A DNA stretch of 64,000 bases from Isosphaeraceae bacterium (GTDB lineage: Bacteria; Planctomycetota; Planctomycetia; Isosphaerales; Isosphaeraceae). Position 1 is the stretch's first letter, and the number at the start of each line of letters is the position of its first letter. The notes beneath the pieces were generated by a model, which saw only the letters and a program-made list of their open reading frames with translations, had not been told where the DNA came from and searched no databases. The position numbers and the translations under genes are program-made. Below are positions 1 to 8,951 of this stretch, piece by piece. The DNA is taken from assembly GCA_965201075.1 (NCBI GenBank), contig CBDAVP010000011.1:124001-188000 (forward strand), written 5' to 3'.

Positions 1-48
1 GATCCGGGTCGAGCCGGGCTCCCGACGGGGGCGGGTCTCGTCAGGCAT
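1..48 (-). CDS. 5' end of a gene running off the window edge (MPDETRPRREPGSTRI...); possibly transcription termination factor Rho
   Basis: ATG at 48 preceded by a GAGGAG Shine-Dalgarno, 4 bp after the coaE stop. The Rho identity is only a guess from recalled polA-coaE-rho synteny. Confidence 0.35.
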   Translation of the reverse strand, partial: MPDETRPRREPGSTRI

Positions 49-52
49 GATG

Positions 53-868
53 TCAGGTCTCCTCGTCAAGCCGGCGGCCGGGAAGGGAGCGAGCGGTGGG
101 TTGCGGAGTCGGGGTCGGAGTGGCGGACGGGGGGGTTGGCGGAGTCGGGCCATCTCGGAGGGGGTGGACCGGTGGACGGCGAGGCGTCGGAGACGGGGAA
201 CGGGGTGGCGGTCCGACCACCTTGTCCCAAAATCCGGCCACCTCGGTCCGAAGTGCTTCCAGGTCGGAATCGTTGCGCACGACGAGTCCGGCTCGCTGCC
301 GCTTGATGGCTTCCGACAATTGCGCTCGTTCGCGAGCTTCCAATGTCGCGGCGTCCCAACCTCGTTGCGAGGCAAGTCGGGCCAACCGCGACTCGGCTGG
401 GGCGTCGACGAAAACGACGCGGTCGCACAGGTCGTCCCAACCGGCCTCGTACAGGATCGCGGCGTCAAGGACGATGGCTCGGACCTCGGCCTTTCGGGCG
501 GCCCGAAGAATCGCTCGCTCGAACGTCTTGCGCATCCGAGGATGAAGAATCTCTTCCAGGTCTCGGCGAGCCGGAGGATGCTCGAAGACGATCGCGCCGA
601 GCCGACGACGGTCGATCACGCCATCGGGCCCGACCACCTCGGGACCGAACCGATCCACGACCGCCTCAAAGGCCGGCCGTTGAGTCAACAACGCATGGCC
701 AATGGCGTCGGCGTCGAGCACCTGGGCCCCCAACTCGCTGAGTTCCGCCGCCACGGCGCTTTTGCCAGCGCCCATGCCGCCGACCAGTCCAAGGACCGGC
801 AACGGCCCGTGCTTCCAGGGGCCTCGCGGGCGGCGTGTTCCGGAAGGGCGGCGGGCGTAGCGGGCCAT
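53..868 (-). CDS. coaE: Dephospho-CoA kinase
   Basis: GLVGGMGAGKS P-loop, VLDADAIGH, IDRRRLGAIVF, LEEILHP and LDAAILYE motifs. Start taken at MARYARR (868). Follows polA. Confidence 0.93.
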   Translation of the reverse strand: MARYARRPSGTRRPRGPWKHGPLPVLGLVGGMGAGKSAVAAELSELGAQVLDADAIGHALLTQRPAFEAVVDRFGPEVVGPDGVIDRRRLGAIVFEHPPARRDLEEILHPRMRKTFERAILRAARKAEVRAIVLDAAILYEAGWDDLCDRVVFVDAPAESRLARLASQRGWDAATLEARERAQLSEAIKRQRAGLVVRNDSDLEALRTEVAGFWDKVVGPPPRSPSPTPRRPPVHPLRDGPTPPTPPSATPTPTPQPTARSLPGRRLDEET

Positions 869-1131
869 GATCGTGGGGGCGAAACCCAAGGGGAATGCCG
901 GCGGGACGGTCCGGGGGACGTGGCCAATCGGCCAGGACTCCCGGGCGGAGCACCGGGGACGAGGTGGGGACCGCGGATGGAGTCGAGTCGAGGGTTGTCG
1001 GGAAAAGGGGTGGGTTCGGAGTCGTGAGCGATCGGCCGGTCCGACGATTGGCGGAAGGGGTTGCGGCCAATTTCGGTCTGAGGAGGCGTAGGGCGGTCCG
1101 AAGGGCAGGGCTGGACGATCGGACATTTTTG

Positions 1132-1160
1132 TTTATACGACATCTCCCGGCGCGATGCAA
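1132..1160 (-). promoter_or_regulatory. Sigma70-type promoter upstream of coaE
   Basis: TTGCAT-17 bp-TATAAA on the minus strand, in an AT-rich patch just after polA. Confidence 0.6.
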
Positions 1161-1185
1161 CCACCGAGTCCCAATCTCCTCCGAA

Positions 1186-3891
1186 TTACCCTGGAGGCTC
1201 GACCTGATCTTCCACTTCCAGCCAGTTTGGCCCCACGGCCACGTCCACTTTCAAAGGGACCTCGAATCGCATCGCCCCGGTCATCGCCTCGCGGGCCAGT
1301 TTCGTCAGGATGGGGATCTCGGCGTAAGGAACCTCGAACAGCAATTCGTCGTGGATCTGAAGGAGCATCCGGGCCGCCAGTCCCTCGGCCTTGAGCCGGC
1401 GGTCGACTTCCAGCATCGCTCTTTTGATCAGGTCGGCCGCCGTCCCTTGTATGGGGGTGTTCACCGCCAGCCGTCCGGCCAGGTCGAGGTTGCGCGGCGA
1501 GAGGCTTTTGATCCCAGAGATCGATCGACGACGACCCAGCATCGTTTCGACCCGCCCAGCCGCCTGCGTCTCCTTGAGCGTCCGGGTCATGAACGCCTCG
1601 ACCCCGGCATATTCCTGGAAATAGGCGTCGATGAACTTCGCCGCCTCCGACTGGCTGATCCCCAACCTCGCCGACAGCCCGTACGGCTTGATCCCGTAGA
1701 CGATCCCGAAGTTGACCGTCTTGGCCACCCGCCTCTGCGACGAGGTCACCGCCGACTCGGCGACTCCGAAGATCCTTGAAGCGACCACCGAGTGAATGTC
1801 GCGGTCCTCGGCGAACGCCTGCCGGAGCGCTGGGTCTTGCGAGTAGTGGGCCAGGATGCGCAGCTCGATCTGTGAATAATCGGCCGTCAGCAACGACCAT
1901 CCGGGCTCTCCAGGAACAAACGCCTGGCGGATCTGCCGGCCATCCTCGGTTCTCACCGGGATGTTCTGGAGGTTCGGGTCCGACGAGCTGAGTCGGCCGG
2001 TCGCCGCCACCGTTTGGTGGAACGACGCATGGACCCGCCCGTCGCTGGGGAGGACCAGGTCCGGCAAGGCATCCAGGTAGGTGCTCTTCAGCTTGTCAAG
2101 CTGGCGATGCTGGACGATCAAACGGGGCAGAGGGTGACGAGGGGCCAACTCCTCCAGCACCTCGGCGTCGGTGCTGGGCTCCCCCTTGGGCGTTTTCTTC
2201 GTCGAGGGGAGTTTCAACTCGTTGAACAAAATCTGACGCAACTGCGGACCCGACCCGATGTTGAACTCGCGACCCGCCTCCTCGTAAATCCGCGTCTTGA
2301 TCGCTTCGAGCCGGGTGGCGAATTCCAACGAAAGCTCGCGAAGCCGCCCCACGTCAATCCGGATGCCCCAGGCTTCCATCTGGGTCAGGACCGAGATGAG
2401 CGGGCGTTCAAGGTCCGCGTAGAGGTCCCAAAGCCCCTCCTCGGCAACCCTCGGAGCGAGAATCTCGTAGATCCGCCAGGTGGCGACCGCGTCCTCCCCA
2501 GCGTATTCCGCCACCTTGGGGATGGGCACCTGGTCGATCGTGACCTGCCCCTTACCTTTGCCGATCAGGTCCGTGATCGGAATCATCGAGTGGTCGAGTA
2601 ACCTTCGGGAGAGTTCGTCCAGCCCGTGGTTCCTCTCACCACTCTCCAGGAGATAGCTAAGGATCATCGTGTCGGTGATCGGGCCGGCCAGTTCAACCCC
2701 GGCTCGCCCGAGGGCCAGCATGTCGTATTTCAGGTTCTGGCCCACCTTTTCGACGGCGGGGTCGGTCAGGATCGGCCGCAGCCCCTCCAACGTCGACGCC
2801 GGGTCGAGCGTCGTGGCGCCCGACGGTCCCCTCACGGGGAGGTAATACGCCACCCCGGGTTCCCAGGCGAAGGCGTACCCGACAATCTCGGCGCGGAGAG
2901 GGTCGATCGCCGTGGTCTCGGTGTCGAAACAGAACCGCGGCTGTTCACGCAACTGGTCCAGGAATTCCGCGAACGCGGCCGGGGTATCCACGGTCCGATA
3001 GTCGACGACCCACTCGGCCTCGACCGGCCCGGTTGCGTCGACCAACTCCTTTTGGAAGCCATGAAACCCGCATTCCTGGCAAAGGGCGATCAGGGCCTTC
3101 GTGTCGTAACCCGAGACCCGGTAATCGTCCCAGTCGATCGCCAGGGGGACATCCTCTCGCAGGGCGATCAGTTGACGGCCCAGGCGGACGGTCTCGGCGT
3201 GGGCCTCCAGTCCTTCTCGGGCCTTCTTGGCGGCGACCCTCGATGGGTCGGCCAGCAGGGTTCCCAGGTCGCCGATTTCGTTGAGCAACTTGGCGGCGGT
3301 CTTGGGCCCGATCCCGGGAACTCCCGGGACATTGTCGACGGCGTCGCCGGTCAGCGCGAGCAGGTCGACGACCTGGTCGGGCCGGATGCCCCACTCGGTC
3401 CTCAGGGACGCCTCGTCAAAAATTTCCTGCTTGCGGACGTTCCAGACCCGGATTTGGTCATTAAGGAGTTGGCGGGCGTCCTTGTCCGCGGTGCAGAGGA
3501 AAACGTCGAGCCCAAAATCGGCCCCCCGACGGGCCAGGGTCGCCAGGATGTCGTCGGCCTCGAACCCAGGAGCGACCAGAACCGGGACGTGAAACGCCTC
3601 GAAAAGCCGCTTGATGACCGGGATCTGCGTGGACAGGTCGGGCGGCATCTCTTTCCGTTGCCCCTTGTAGGAGGGGAGCAGGTCGGAGCGGAACACCTTT
3701 CCCCCCCCATCGAAGGCCGCGGCGAGGTAATCGGGTCGCCGCTGCCTAAGGAGGTTCAAGATGTCGCGAAAGATGCCAAAAACCGCATGGGTCGGCTGGC
3801 CCGCCGGACCCCCCATTTCAGGGATGGCATGGAAGACCTGAAAAATGAGGGAATACGCATCCAGGATGTAGAGCGTGGGCCGTGGATTCAT
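1186..3891 (-). CDS. polA: DNA polymerase I
   Basis: N-terminal 5'-3' exonuclease (LDAYSLIF, EADD, GDAVDNVPGVPGIGPKTA), FDTET 3'-5' exonuclease, and polymerase motifs ADYSQIELR, KTVNFGIVYG, LQIHDEL. Confidence 0.98.
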   Translation of the reverse strand: MNPRPTLYILDAYSLIFQVFHAIPEMGGPAGQPTHAVFGIFRDILNLLRQRRPDYLAAAFDGGGKVFRSDLLPSYKGQRKEMPPDLSTQIPVIKRLFEAFHVPVLVAPGFEADDILATLARRGADFGLDVFLCTADKDARQLLNDQIRVWNVRKQEIFDEASLRTEWGIRPDQVVDLLALTGDAVDNVPGVPGIGPKTAAKLLNEIGDLGTLLADPSRVAAKKAREGLEAHAETVRLGRQLIALREDVPLAIDWDDYRVSGYDTKALIALCQECGFHGFQKELVDATGPVEAEWVVDYRTVDTPAAFAEFLDQLREQPRFCFDTETTAIDPLRAEIVGYAFAWEPGVAYYLPVRGPSGATTLDPASTLEGLRPILTDPAVEKVGQNLKYDMLALGRAGVELAGPITDTMILSYLLESGERNHGLDELSRRLLDHSMIPITDLIGKGKGQVTIDQVPIPKVAEYAGEDAVATWRIYEILAPRVAEEGLWDLYADLERPLISVLTQMEAWGIRIDVGRLRELSLEFATRLEAIKTRIYEEAGREFNIGSGPQLRQILFNELKLPSTKKTPKGEPSTDAEVLEELAPRHPLPRLIVQHRQLDKLKSTYLDALPDLVLPSDGRVHASFHQTVAATGRLSSSDPNLQNIPVRTEDGRQIRQAFVPGEPGWSLLTADYSQIELRILAHYSQDPALRQAFAEDRDIHSVVASRIFGVAESAVTSSQRRVAKTVNFGIVYGIKPYGLSARLGISQSEAAKFIDAYFQEYAGVEAFMTRTLKETQAAGRVETMLGRRRSISGIKSLSPRNLDLAGRLAVNTPIQGTAADLIKRAMLEVDRRLKAEGLAARMLLQIHDELLFEVPYAEIPILTKLAREAMTGAMRFEVPLKVDVAVGPNWLEVEDQVEPPG

Positions 3892-4016
3892 CGGTCACTG
3901 GTGTTGGTTGCGGCGGGGAAGATAGGCCCAGCCGGCCACGCTAGCCCGGTCCCGGAAGGGGTGTCAAGGTCCGACTGGGGGGAGTCAGATTCCTCCGTCT
4001 TTTAGGAGCGATCCCG

Positions 4017-4334
4017 ATGCGCCGAGGCTTGGGCAGTGGCACCCCCAACGGCGGGGTGCGAGAGTTCCTCCAGGCGGCCGAACTGCGCACCCGCATGGAA
4101 GTGCGCAAGCGGCGGGCCCAGGGGCTCAATGCCGAAACGATCCGCGTCGTCGTGGCGCGCGAATTCGACGAGGTCATCGCCGATGACCTGCTGAGGCCGA
4201 TGGCCGCGCCAATCATGGAGCGGGTCCGCCGCACGATCGAGGACGAGTTGAAGGCTCGTCCCGCCCACCCGGGCGACGGGCTCGAAACAGCCCCCCGGCC
4301 GGGCAGTTTCGAGGCGGCCGTGTGCCTCAACTGA
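4017..4334 (+). CDS. Small hypothetical protein (105 aa)
   Basis: AGGAG Shine-Dalgarno before the ATG, helical charged composition, divergent from polA. Confidence 0.5.
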   Translation: MRRGLGSGTPNGGVREFLQAAELRTRMEVRKRRAQGLNAETIRVVVAREFDEVIADDLLRPMAAPIMERVRRTIEDELKARPAHPGDGLETAPRPGSFEAAVCLN

Positions 4335-4648
4335 GGTCCCCGGCTGGACCGTTCCGAAATGAACCGTGAGAGACGACCGGCCCTCCCGACGCCCAGATGG
4401 CGGGGAAGGGCCGGCGTTTTGCGCGGGCTCGCCAGTCGGTACGGGTTTGACCCCTCGCCGCGACGCCCTCTACAATAAAAGGGCAGAGAGGATGCCGCGG
4501 GAGCACCGCCCGGCGGTTCTCAAACCGCTCGAGCGATTCTCCCTGTCCCTTCCCGTCGCGGCCCCCTCTTGTATGACATACTAAAGGGAATACCGGCGGC
4601 CTCGCGCCAGACGTCCCGGCTCGGGGTCCCGCCGCGGGAGCCTCACCC

Positions 4649-6247
4649 ATGGCAGCGGCCAACGACTCTCAGGGACTGAAAATCGCCGTCGCGTCCTTCG
4701 TGTCGCTGTCGGTGATCCTCGCCGTCACGTCCTACTTCATGTATTCGAACTACTCGGCCGAGGCCATCAAGGCCGCCGAGGCCGCTAACAAGGCGACCGC
4801 GGCCGATAATAAGTTCGCCGACCAGGTTCGCGTCAACAAGGATCTTCGCCACCGAATCGGCGGGGGCGAGTACGACAAATACGAGACACCCGATACGCTC
4901 AACAACGCCATCAAGGCCGCCGAACAGAAGTGGCAGCAGAAGTTGGCCGCCTCGGGCGCCGAAATCGCCAAGATCTTCGATGCCCAGGGCGGCGCGAAGT
5001 CCGAGTCGGCGGTCAAGGCCAAGGAACTCTCCGAGCAGCTTCTCAAGCAGGTTCTCCAGGAGCCCCAGGGGACCTTCAACTCCTGGATCGACCGCATGGT
5101 CGACATGACCACGGCCCAGACCAACCTGACCCTGTCGCTGATCGGTGACAATTCTGACCTTCGGACCAACCTCGAAGGGGTCAATCAGTCCAACGACGCC
5201 AAGGTCAAGCATGCCGAGGGTGAGGCTGACCAGGCCCGCAAGGATCAGACCGCCGAGCACAACACCTACGAGCAAGAGCGTAAATCGTTCCTCGACAAGA
5301 TGGCCGCCTTCCAGGAACTGACTGGCAAGCAGGCCGCCGAGGTCGCCGGCCTGAAAGGGGACATCGAGCGGCTCAACCAGGACCACGAAAAGCGGGTTGA
5401 CCAGCTCTTGGCCCAGATGAAGGATCTTCAGGTCAAAAATACGACCCTGGTCGGTGGGGACAACTCGATCGGCCACTCCCAGGGGCGAGTGACCTTCGTG
5501 GATCACACCCGCAAGGAAGTGCGTACCACGCTGAGCCGCCGTCAGGGAGCTCGCGAGCGTATGCGTCTGGCGGTCTACGATCGCTCCGCCAGCGGTCCCT
5601 CCGATAAGCCCAAGGCCACCATCGAGTTGATCTCGGTCAACGATCGTGACAGCGTGGGCAAGGTTCTCAACCTGAGTTCCGATGTCGACCAGATCCGCGA
5701 TGGAGACCAGGTCTATTCCGCCGCCTTCGGCAAAAAGAAGTTCGCCCTGATCGGTCGCATGGATATCAACCGCGACGGACGGGATGATCGCGACACCGTT
5801 CGCCGGATGATCGAAATGTCGGGTGGCGAGGTCAGCTACGACCTCCCGCCGCCCGGACAGGGGACCGAGAAGGGTCAGTTGGCCGCGACGATCGACTGGG
5901 CCGTGACCGATGACTCCACCCCGATCTTCGGCGGCCGGGCCGGTTCGGTGACGACTCTACGAGACATCAGCAAGGAGACGGGCGACTTTCTCAAGCGTAG
6001 ATCGGACGTCGTGAAAGAAGCCGGACGGCTCGGCCTGCAGCCGATGCCCCTCACCAAGCTGGCCGGTTACCTTGGCTATACTCCGAGCATGATCCTGCCT
6101 GGCCAGGTCGAATCGATCGACAAGTCCACCTCCAACGCGCTTCAGAAGCCTTCAGGCAATCGAGCGGTCAAGCCTGACCCGTCGCCGGAGCCTGCTGCCA
6201 ACAAGCCCAGGGAAGACGAGGCCGAGGACGCGGCCGATCCGAAGTGA
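4649..6247 (+). CDS. Membrane-anchored coiled-coil protein of unknown function
   Basis: 532 aa, one N-terminal hydrophobic helix, long heptad-rich region, typical codon usage, GGAG SD. Confidence 0.85.
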   Translation: MAAANDSQGLKIAVASFVSLSVILAVTSYFMYSNYSAEAIKAAEAANKATAADNKFADQVRVNKDLRHRIGGGEYDKYETPDTLNNAIKAAEQKWQQKLAASGAEIAKIFDAQGGAKSESAVKAKELSEQLLKQVLQEPQGTFNSWIDRMVDMTTAQTNLTLSLIGDNSDLRTNLEGVNQSNDAKVKHAEGEADQARKDQTAEHNTYEQERKSFLDKMAAFQELTGKQAAEVAGLKGDIERLNQDHEKRVDQLLAQMKDLQVKNTTLVGGDNSIGHSQGRVTFVDHTRKEVRTTLSRRQGARERMRLAVYDRSASGPSDKPKATIELISVNDRDSVGKVLNLSSDVDQIRDGDQVYSAAFGKKKFALIGRMDINRDGRDDRDTVRRMIEMSGGEVSYDLPPPGQGTEKGQLAATIDWAVTDDSTPIFGGRAGSVTTLRDISKETGDFLKRRSDVVKEAGRLGLQPMPLTKLAGYLGYTPSMILPGQVESIDKSTSNALQKPSGNRAVKPDPSPEPAANKPREDEAEDAADPK

Positions 6248-6285
6248 TCGTGTGATCGGATGCGCCAAAGTTGCAATCCAACAAA

Positions 6286-6323
6286 CAAGGGCCGCGGTTC
6301 CGCAAGGAGTCGCGACCCTTTTT
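6286..6323 (+). terminator. Probable intrinsic terminator
   Basis: Imperfect stem AAGGGCCGCGG...GTCGCGACCCTT followed by a T run, after the 4649-6247 gene. Confidence 0.45.
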
Positions 6324-6375
6324 CATTTGTTCCAATCGAACTTGAATTCATGGGCAAAGCGGATGCCCCCCATCG

Positions 6376-6572
6376 CAGGGCCGTGGATTTCTCCATTGGC
6401 CTTGCAATCGGGGACAGGCTCCGGCGGTACTCCGCTGGTGCCTTTCCCCCATTCCGGGGCCGGTGGGCGGCGTGGGAGGGAGATCAGTTGGCGAAAATGG
6501 GACAGGCATCGGCGGAGTACCGCCAGAGCCAGTCCCCTTTGGTCCACCCAAAATGAGACCGAAATGGCCCTG
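6376..6572 (+). mobile_element. MITE copy 1 (197 bp, CAGGG ends, ISAs1-like)
   Basis: CAGGGCC...GGCCCTG termini. Flanking 10-mers CCCCCCATCG / TCCCCCATCG (9/10). Internal ~39-bp inverted repeats at 6410-6449 and 6499-6537. Confidence 0.88.
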
Positions 6573-6636
6573 TCCCCCATCGAAGTCCAACTGAAGACTT
6601 CGCTGAGGGTGGGACAGACTCGGGAAATCAAGAAGC

Positions 6637-7788
6637 TTAACCGCGCTTATCAATCGACTTGAACGGGCGGTTGGGCGGGCCGGTGTAGCGGGCTCGCGGC
6701 CTCATCAGACGATTGTGGTCAAGCTGCTCGATGACGTGGGCCGACCAGCCGGCAACCCGGGCCATGGCGAAAATGGGCGTGTAAATCGAGATGTCCAGGT
6801 CCATGTAGTGATAAAGACGCGCGCTGGGCCAGTCGACGTTGGGTGGCAGCTTCTTCTGCTCGGTGACGGCCTTCTCGATCGGCTCGGCCATCCGCTCCCA
6901 GCGATCGTCCCCGAGTTCGGCGGCGACCTTCTGGCAGTAATCCTTGAGGATGCGAGCGCGGGGATCGCCCGTCTTGTAGACGCGGTGGCCAAATCCCATG
7001 ATCCGCTCCTTGCGGGCCAGGGCGTCCTTGATCCAGCCGGCGGCATTCTCGGGACTGCCCACCTGCTCCAGGACCTTCCAGGCTTCCTCATTCGCCCCGC
7101 CGTGGAGTGAACCTTTCAAGGTCCCCACCGCCGCCACGATCCCCGAATGGAGGTCCGACAAGGTCGAGACCGTGACCCTCGCCGCGAAGGTCGAGGCGTT
7201 CAACTCGTGCTCGGTGTAGAGCACCAGCGACAGGTCGAACGCCCGCCGAATCGTCTCGGAGGGGACCTTGCCATGAATCATGTAGAGGAAGTTCGCCGAG
7301 TGATCCAGATCGTCACGGGGGGCGATTGGCTCCTGGCCTCGAACGATCCGCTCTCGCGACGCGACGGCCGTGGCGAACTGGGCGATCAGCCGCTCCGCCT
7401 TCCGGACGTTAGCGGCGTGGTCGGTCGGCGGGGCGTTGACGTCCGGGTCGTAGTGGGCCAGGACGCTCGCCGAGGTCCGAAGCACATCCATCGGGTGAAC
7501 CGTCGCCGGGATCTGACGATAGAGTTCCAGCAAGGAACCGGGGATCGAGCGGGCGTTCCCCAGCCGATCGTGGAACCCGCGAAGCTCGGCGGCCGAGGGG
7601 AGGTCGCCGTGCAGCAGAAGGTAAGCGGTTTCCTCGTAGGAGGCCGACTTGGCGAGTTCCTCGATCTCGTACCCGCGATATTCGAGCCCCCCGTCCCCCT
7701 GGCGGCCCTCAATGTTGGCGATCGCCGTCTCATTGGAGATGACCCCCTCCAAACCGGGGTAATATTGCTCCAAGGGCGCGGTGCTCAT
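6637..7788 (-). CDS. Citrate synthase / 2-methylcitrate synthase family protein
   Basis: PGLEGV, YRGY, EHELNASTF, LKGSLHGGANE, IMGFGHRVYKTGDPR, PNVD and ARVAGWSAH motifs. Start MSTAPL with GGAG SD. Confidence 0.93.
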   Translation of the reverse strand: MSTAPLEQYYPGLEGVISNETAIANIEGRQGDGGLEYRGYEIEELAKSASYEETAYLLLHGDLPSAAELRGFHDRLGNARSIPGSLLELYRQIPATVHPMDVLRTSASVLAHYDPDVNAPPTDHAANVRKAERLIAQFATAVASRERIVRGQEPIAPRDDLDHSANFLYMIHGKVPSETIRRAFDLSLVLYTEHELNASTFAARVTVSTLSDLHSGIVAAVGTLKGSLHGGANEEAWKVLEQVGSPENAAGWIKDALARKERIMGFGHRVYKTGDPRARILKDYCQKVAAELGDDRWERMAEPIEKAVTEQKKLPPNVDWPSARLYHYMDLDISIYTPIFAMARVAGWSAHVIEQLDHNRLMRPRARYTGPPNRPFKSIDKRG

Positions 7789-8535
7789 TATCGATTTCCG
7801 CTCCAAGAACCAGGACGGGCCAGGCAACGTGGCGATCCCGTGGGGGTGGCCGGGTGCCACATACGCTCGGGAAAACTCCCCGAGCGATTGAGACTCTTGA
7901 ACCTAACCGACCGGGGACCGACCGTCAAAGGTTCGGCGCATTTCCACCGCTCGCTGGCCGGGAAAACCGACCGGGGACGTCGTCGCCTCCCTTTCGGAGA
8001 AGTGACGAGTCCCCGGTCGCGATACAACCCCGGCCCGCCCCTACCGACAAGGCAGGTTGCTCACGCCTTCCGCCCAGATTGCGCAAGCGGCGAGCGAGGT
8101 CGTTTCCATCGAAGTTTACTGGCGGTTGTCCGCCTCGAAACTGTTCTAGGCAAACCGAAAAGGCGGGCCAGGGTTTCCCTGGAAATTTTTCAACCGTCTT
8201 CAACATACTCCCTCCGACGAGTCGCAAGACCGGTCCTGGGTGGCGAGTCGGCGAACGGGTAACCGCCGAGCCTTACTTTCAACGGGTAAGCTCCCAGGTC
8301 AACCGACAATCGCTCTCAACCAGGAGACCGCCATTGGCTGCTCGCCCCCACGCACCCAAGTCGCGGGCTTCGCAATGGACCGAGACGCGGGATGGAAATT
8401 TTCCCGAGTGTCCGACCCGCTTTCGGGATAGAATGTGAATGCACGCCCGTGGGTCGCTCGCCCTTTAGCACCGACCCCTGCCGCGAAGGGCCGAATATCG
8501 GGCTCTCCGCAACGCCGCTGGAGGAGAGACTATCC

Positions 8536-8715
8536 ATGCCCGAAACCGTCGTTCACTTCCAGATCCGGATGCCTCCCGCCTTGCATGAACAGTTGGCAAG
8601 CTGGGCGAAGGACGACAAGGCGTCACTCAACGCCCTGATCGTGGGCATCCTCGAAAAGGCCATTGAGGAGCACCAGAGCCGAAGTCCTTCGGAGTTGAAG
8701 AGCCATTCGGGGTGA
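8536..8715 (+). CDS. Ribbon-helix-helix (Arc/HicB-like) DNA-binding protein, 59 aa
   Basis: FQIRMPPALHEQL...ASLNALIVGIL pattern; strong GGAGGAG SD. Confidence 0.8.
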   Translation: MPETVVHFQIRMPPALHEQLASWAKDDKASLNALIVGILEKAIEEHQSRSPSELKSHSG

Positions 8716-8806
8716 TCCGTCCGGGAAAGCGAACGATCCACCGGACGGGTTGCGACAAATCCCCTTGTCTCGCCGCCCTCCCATCGGGTATCGTTTCCAG
8801 ACCGAT

Positions 8807-8879
8807 TCCCCGATAGCTCAATCGGTAGAGCGAGCGGCTGTTAACCGCTAGGTTCTAGGTTCGAGTCCTAGTCGGGGAG
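8807..8879 (+). tRNA. tRNA-Asn (GTT)
   Basis: Cloverleaf with acceptor TCCCCGA/TCGGGGA, anticodon loop CT-GTT-AA and T loop GGTTCGAGTCC; CCA not encoded. Confidence 0.97.
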
Positions 8880-8898
8880 CTGTTCGCTTCGGGATGGC

Positions 8899-8942
8899 AA
8901 CGACATGGCCCGCGTCGGCAACGACGCGGGCCATGTCGTTTT
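8899..8942. terminator. Perfect 19-bp hairpin between tRNA-Asn and the convergent gene; likely bidirectional terminator
   Basis: AACGACATGGCCCGCGTCG-GCAA-CGACGCGGGCCATGTCGTT followed by TT. Confidence 0.8.
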
Positions 8943-8951
8943 ACCGGTCGC

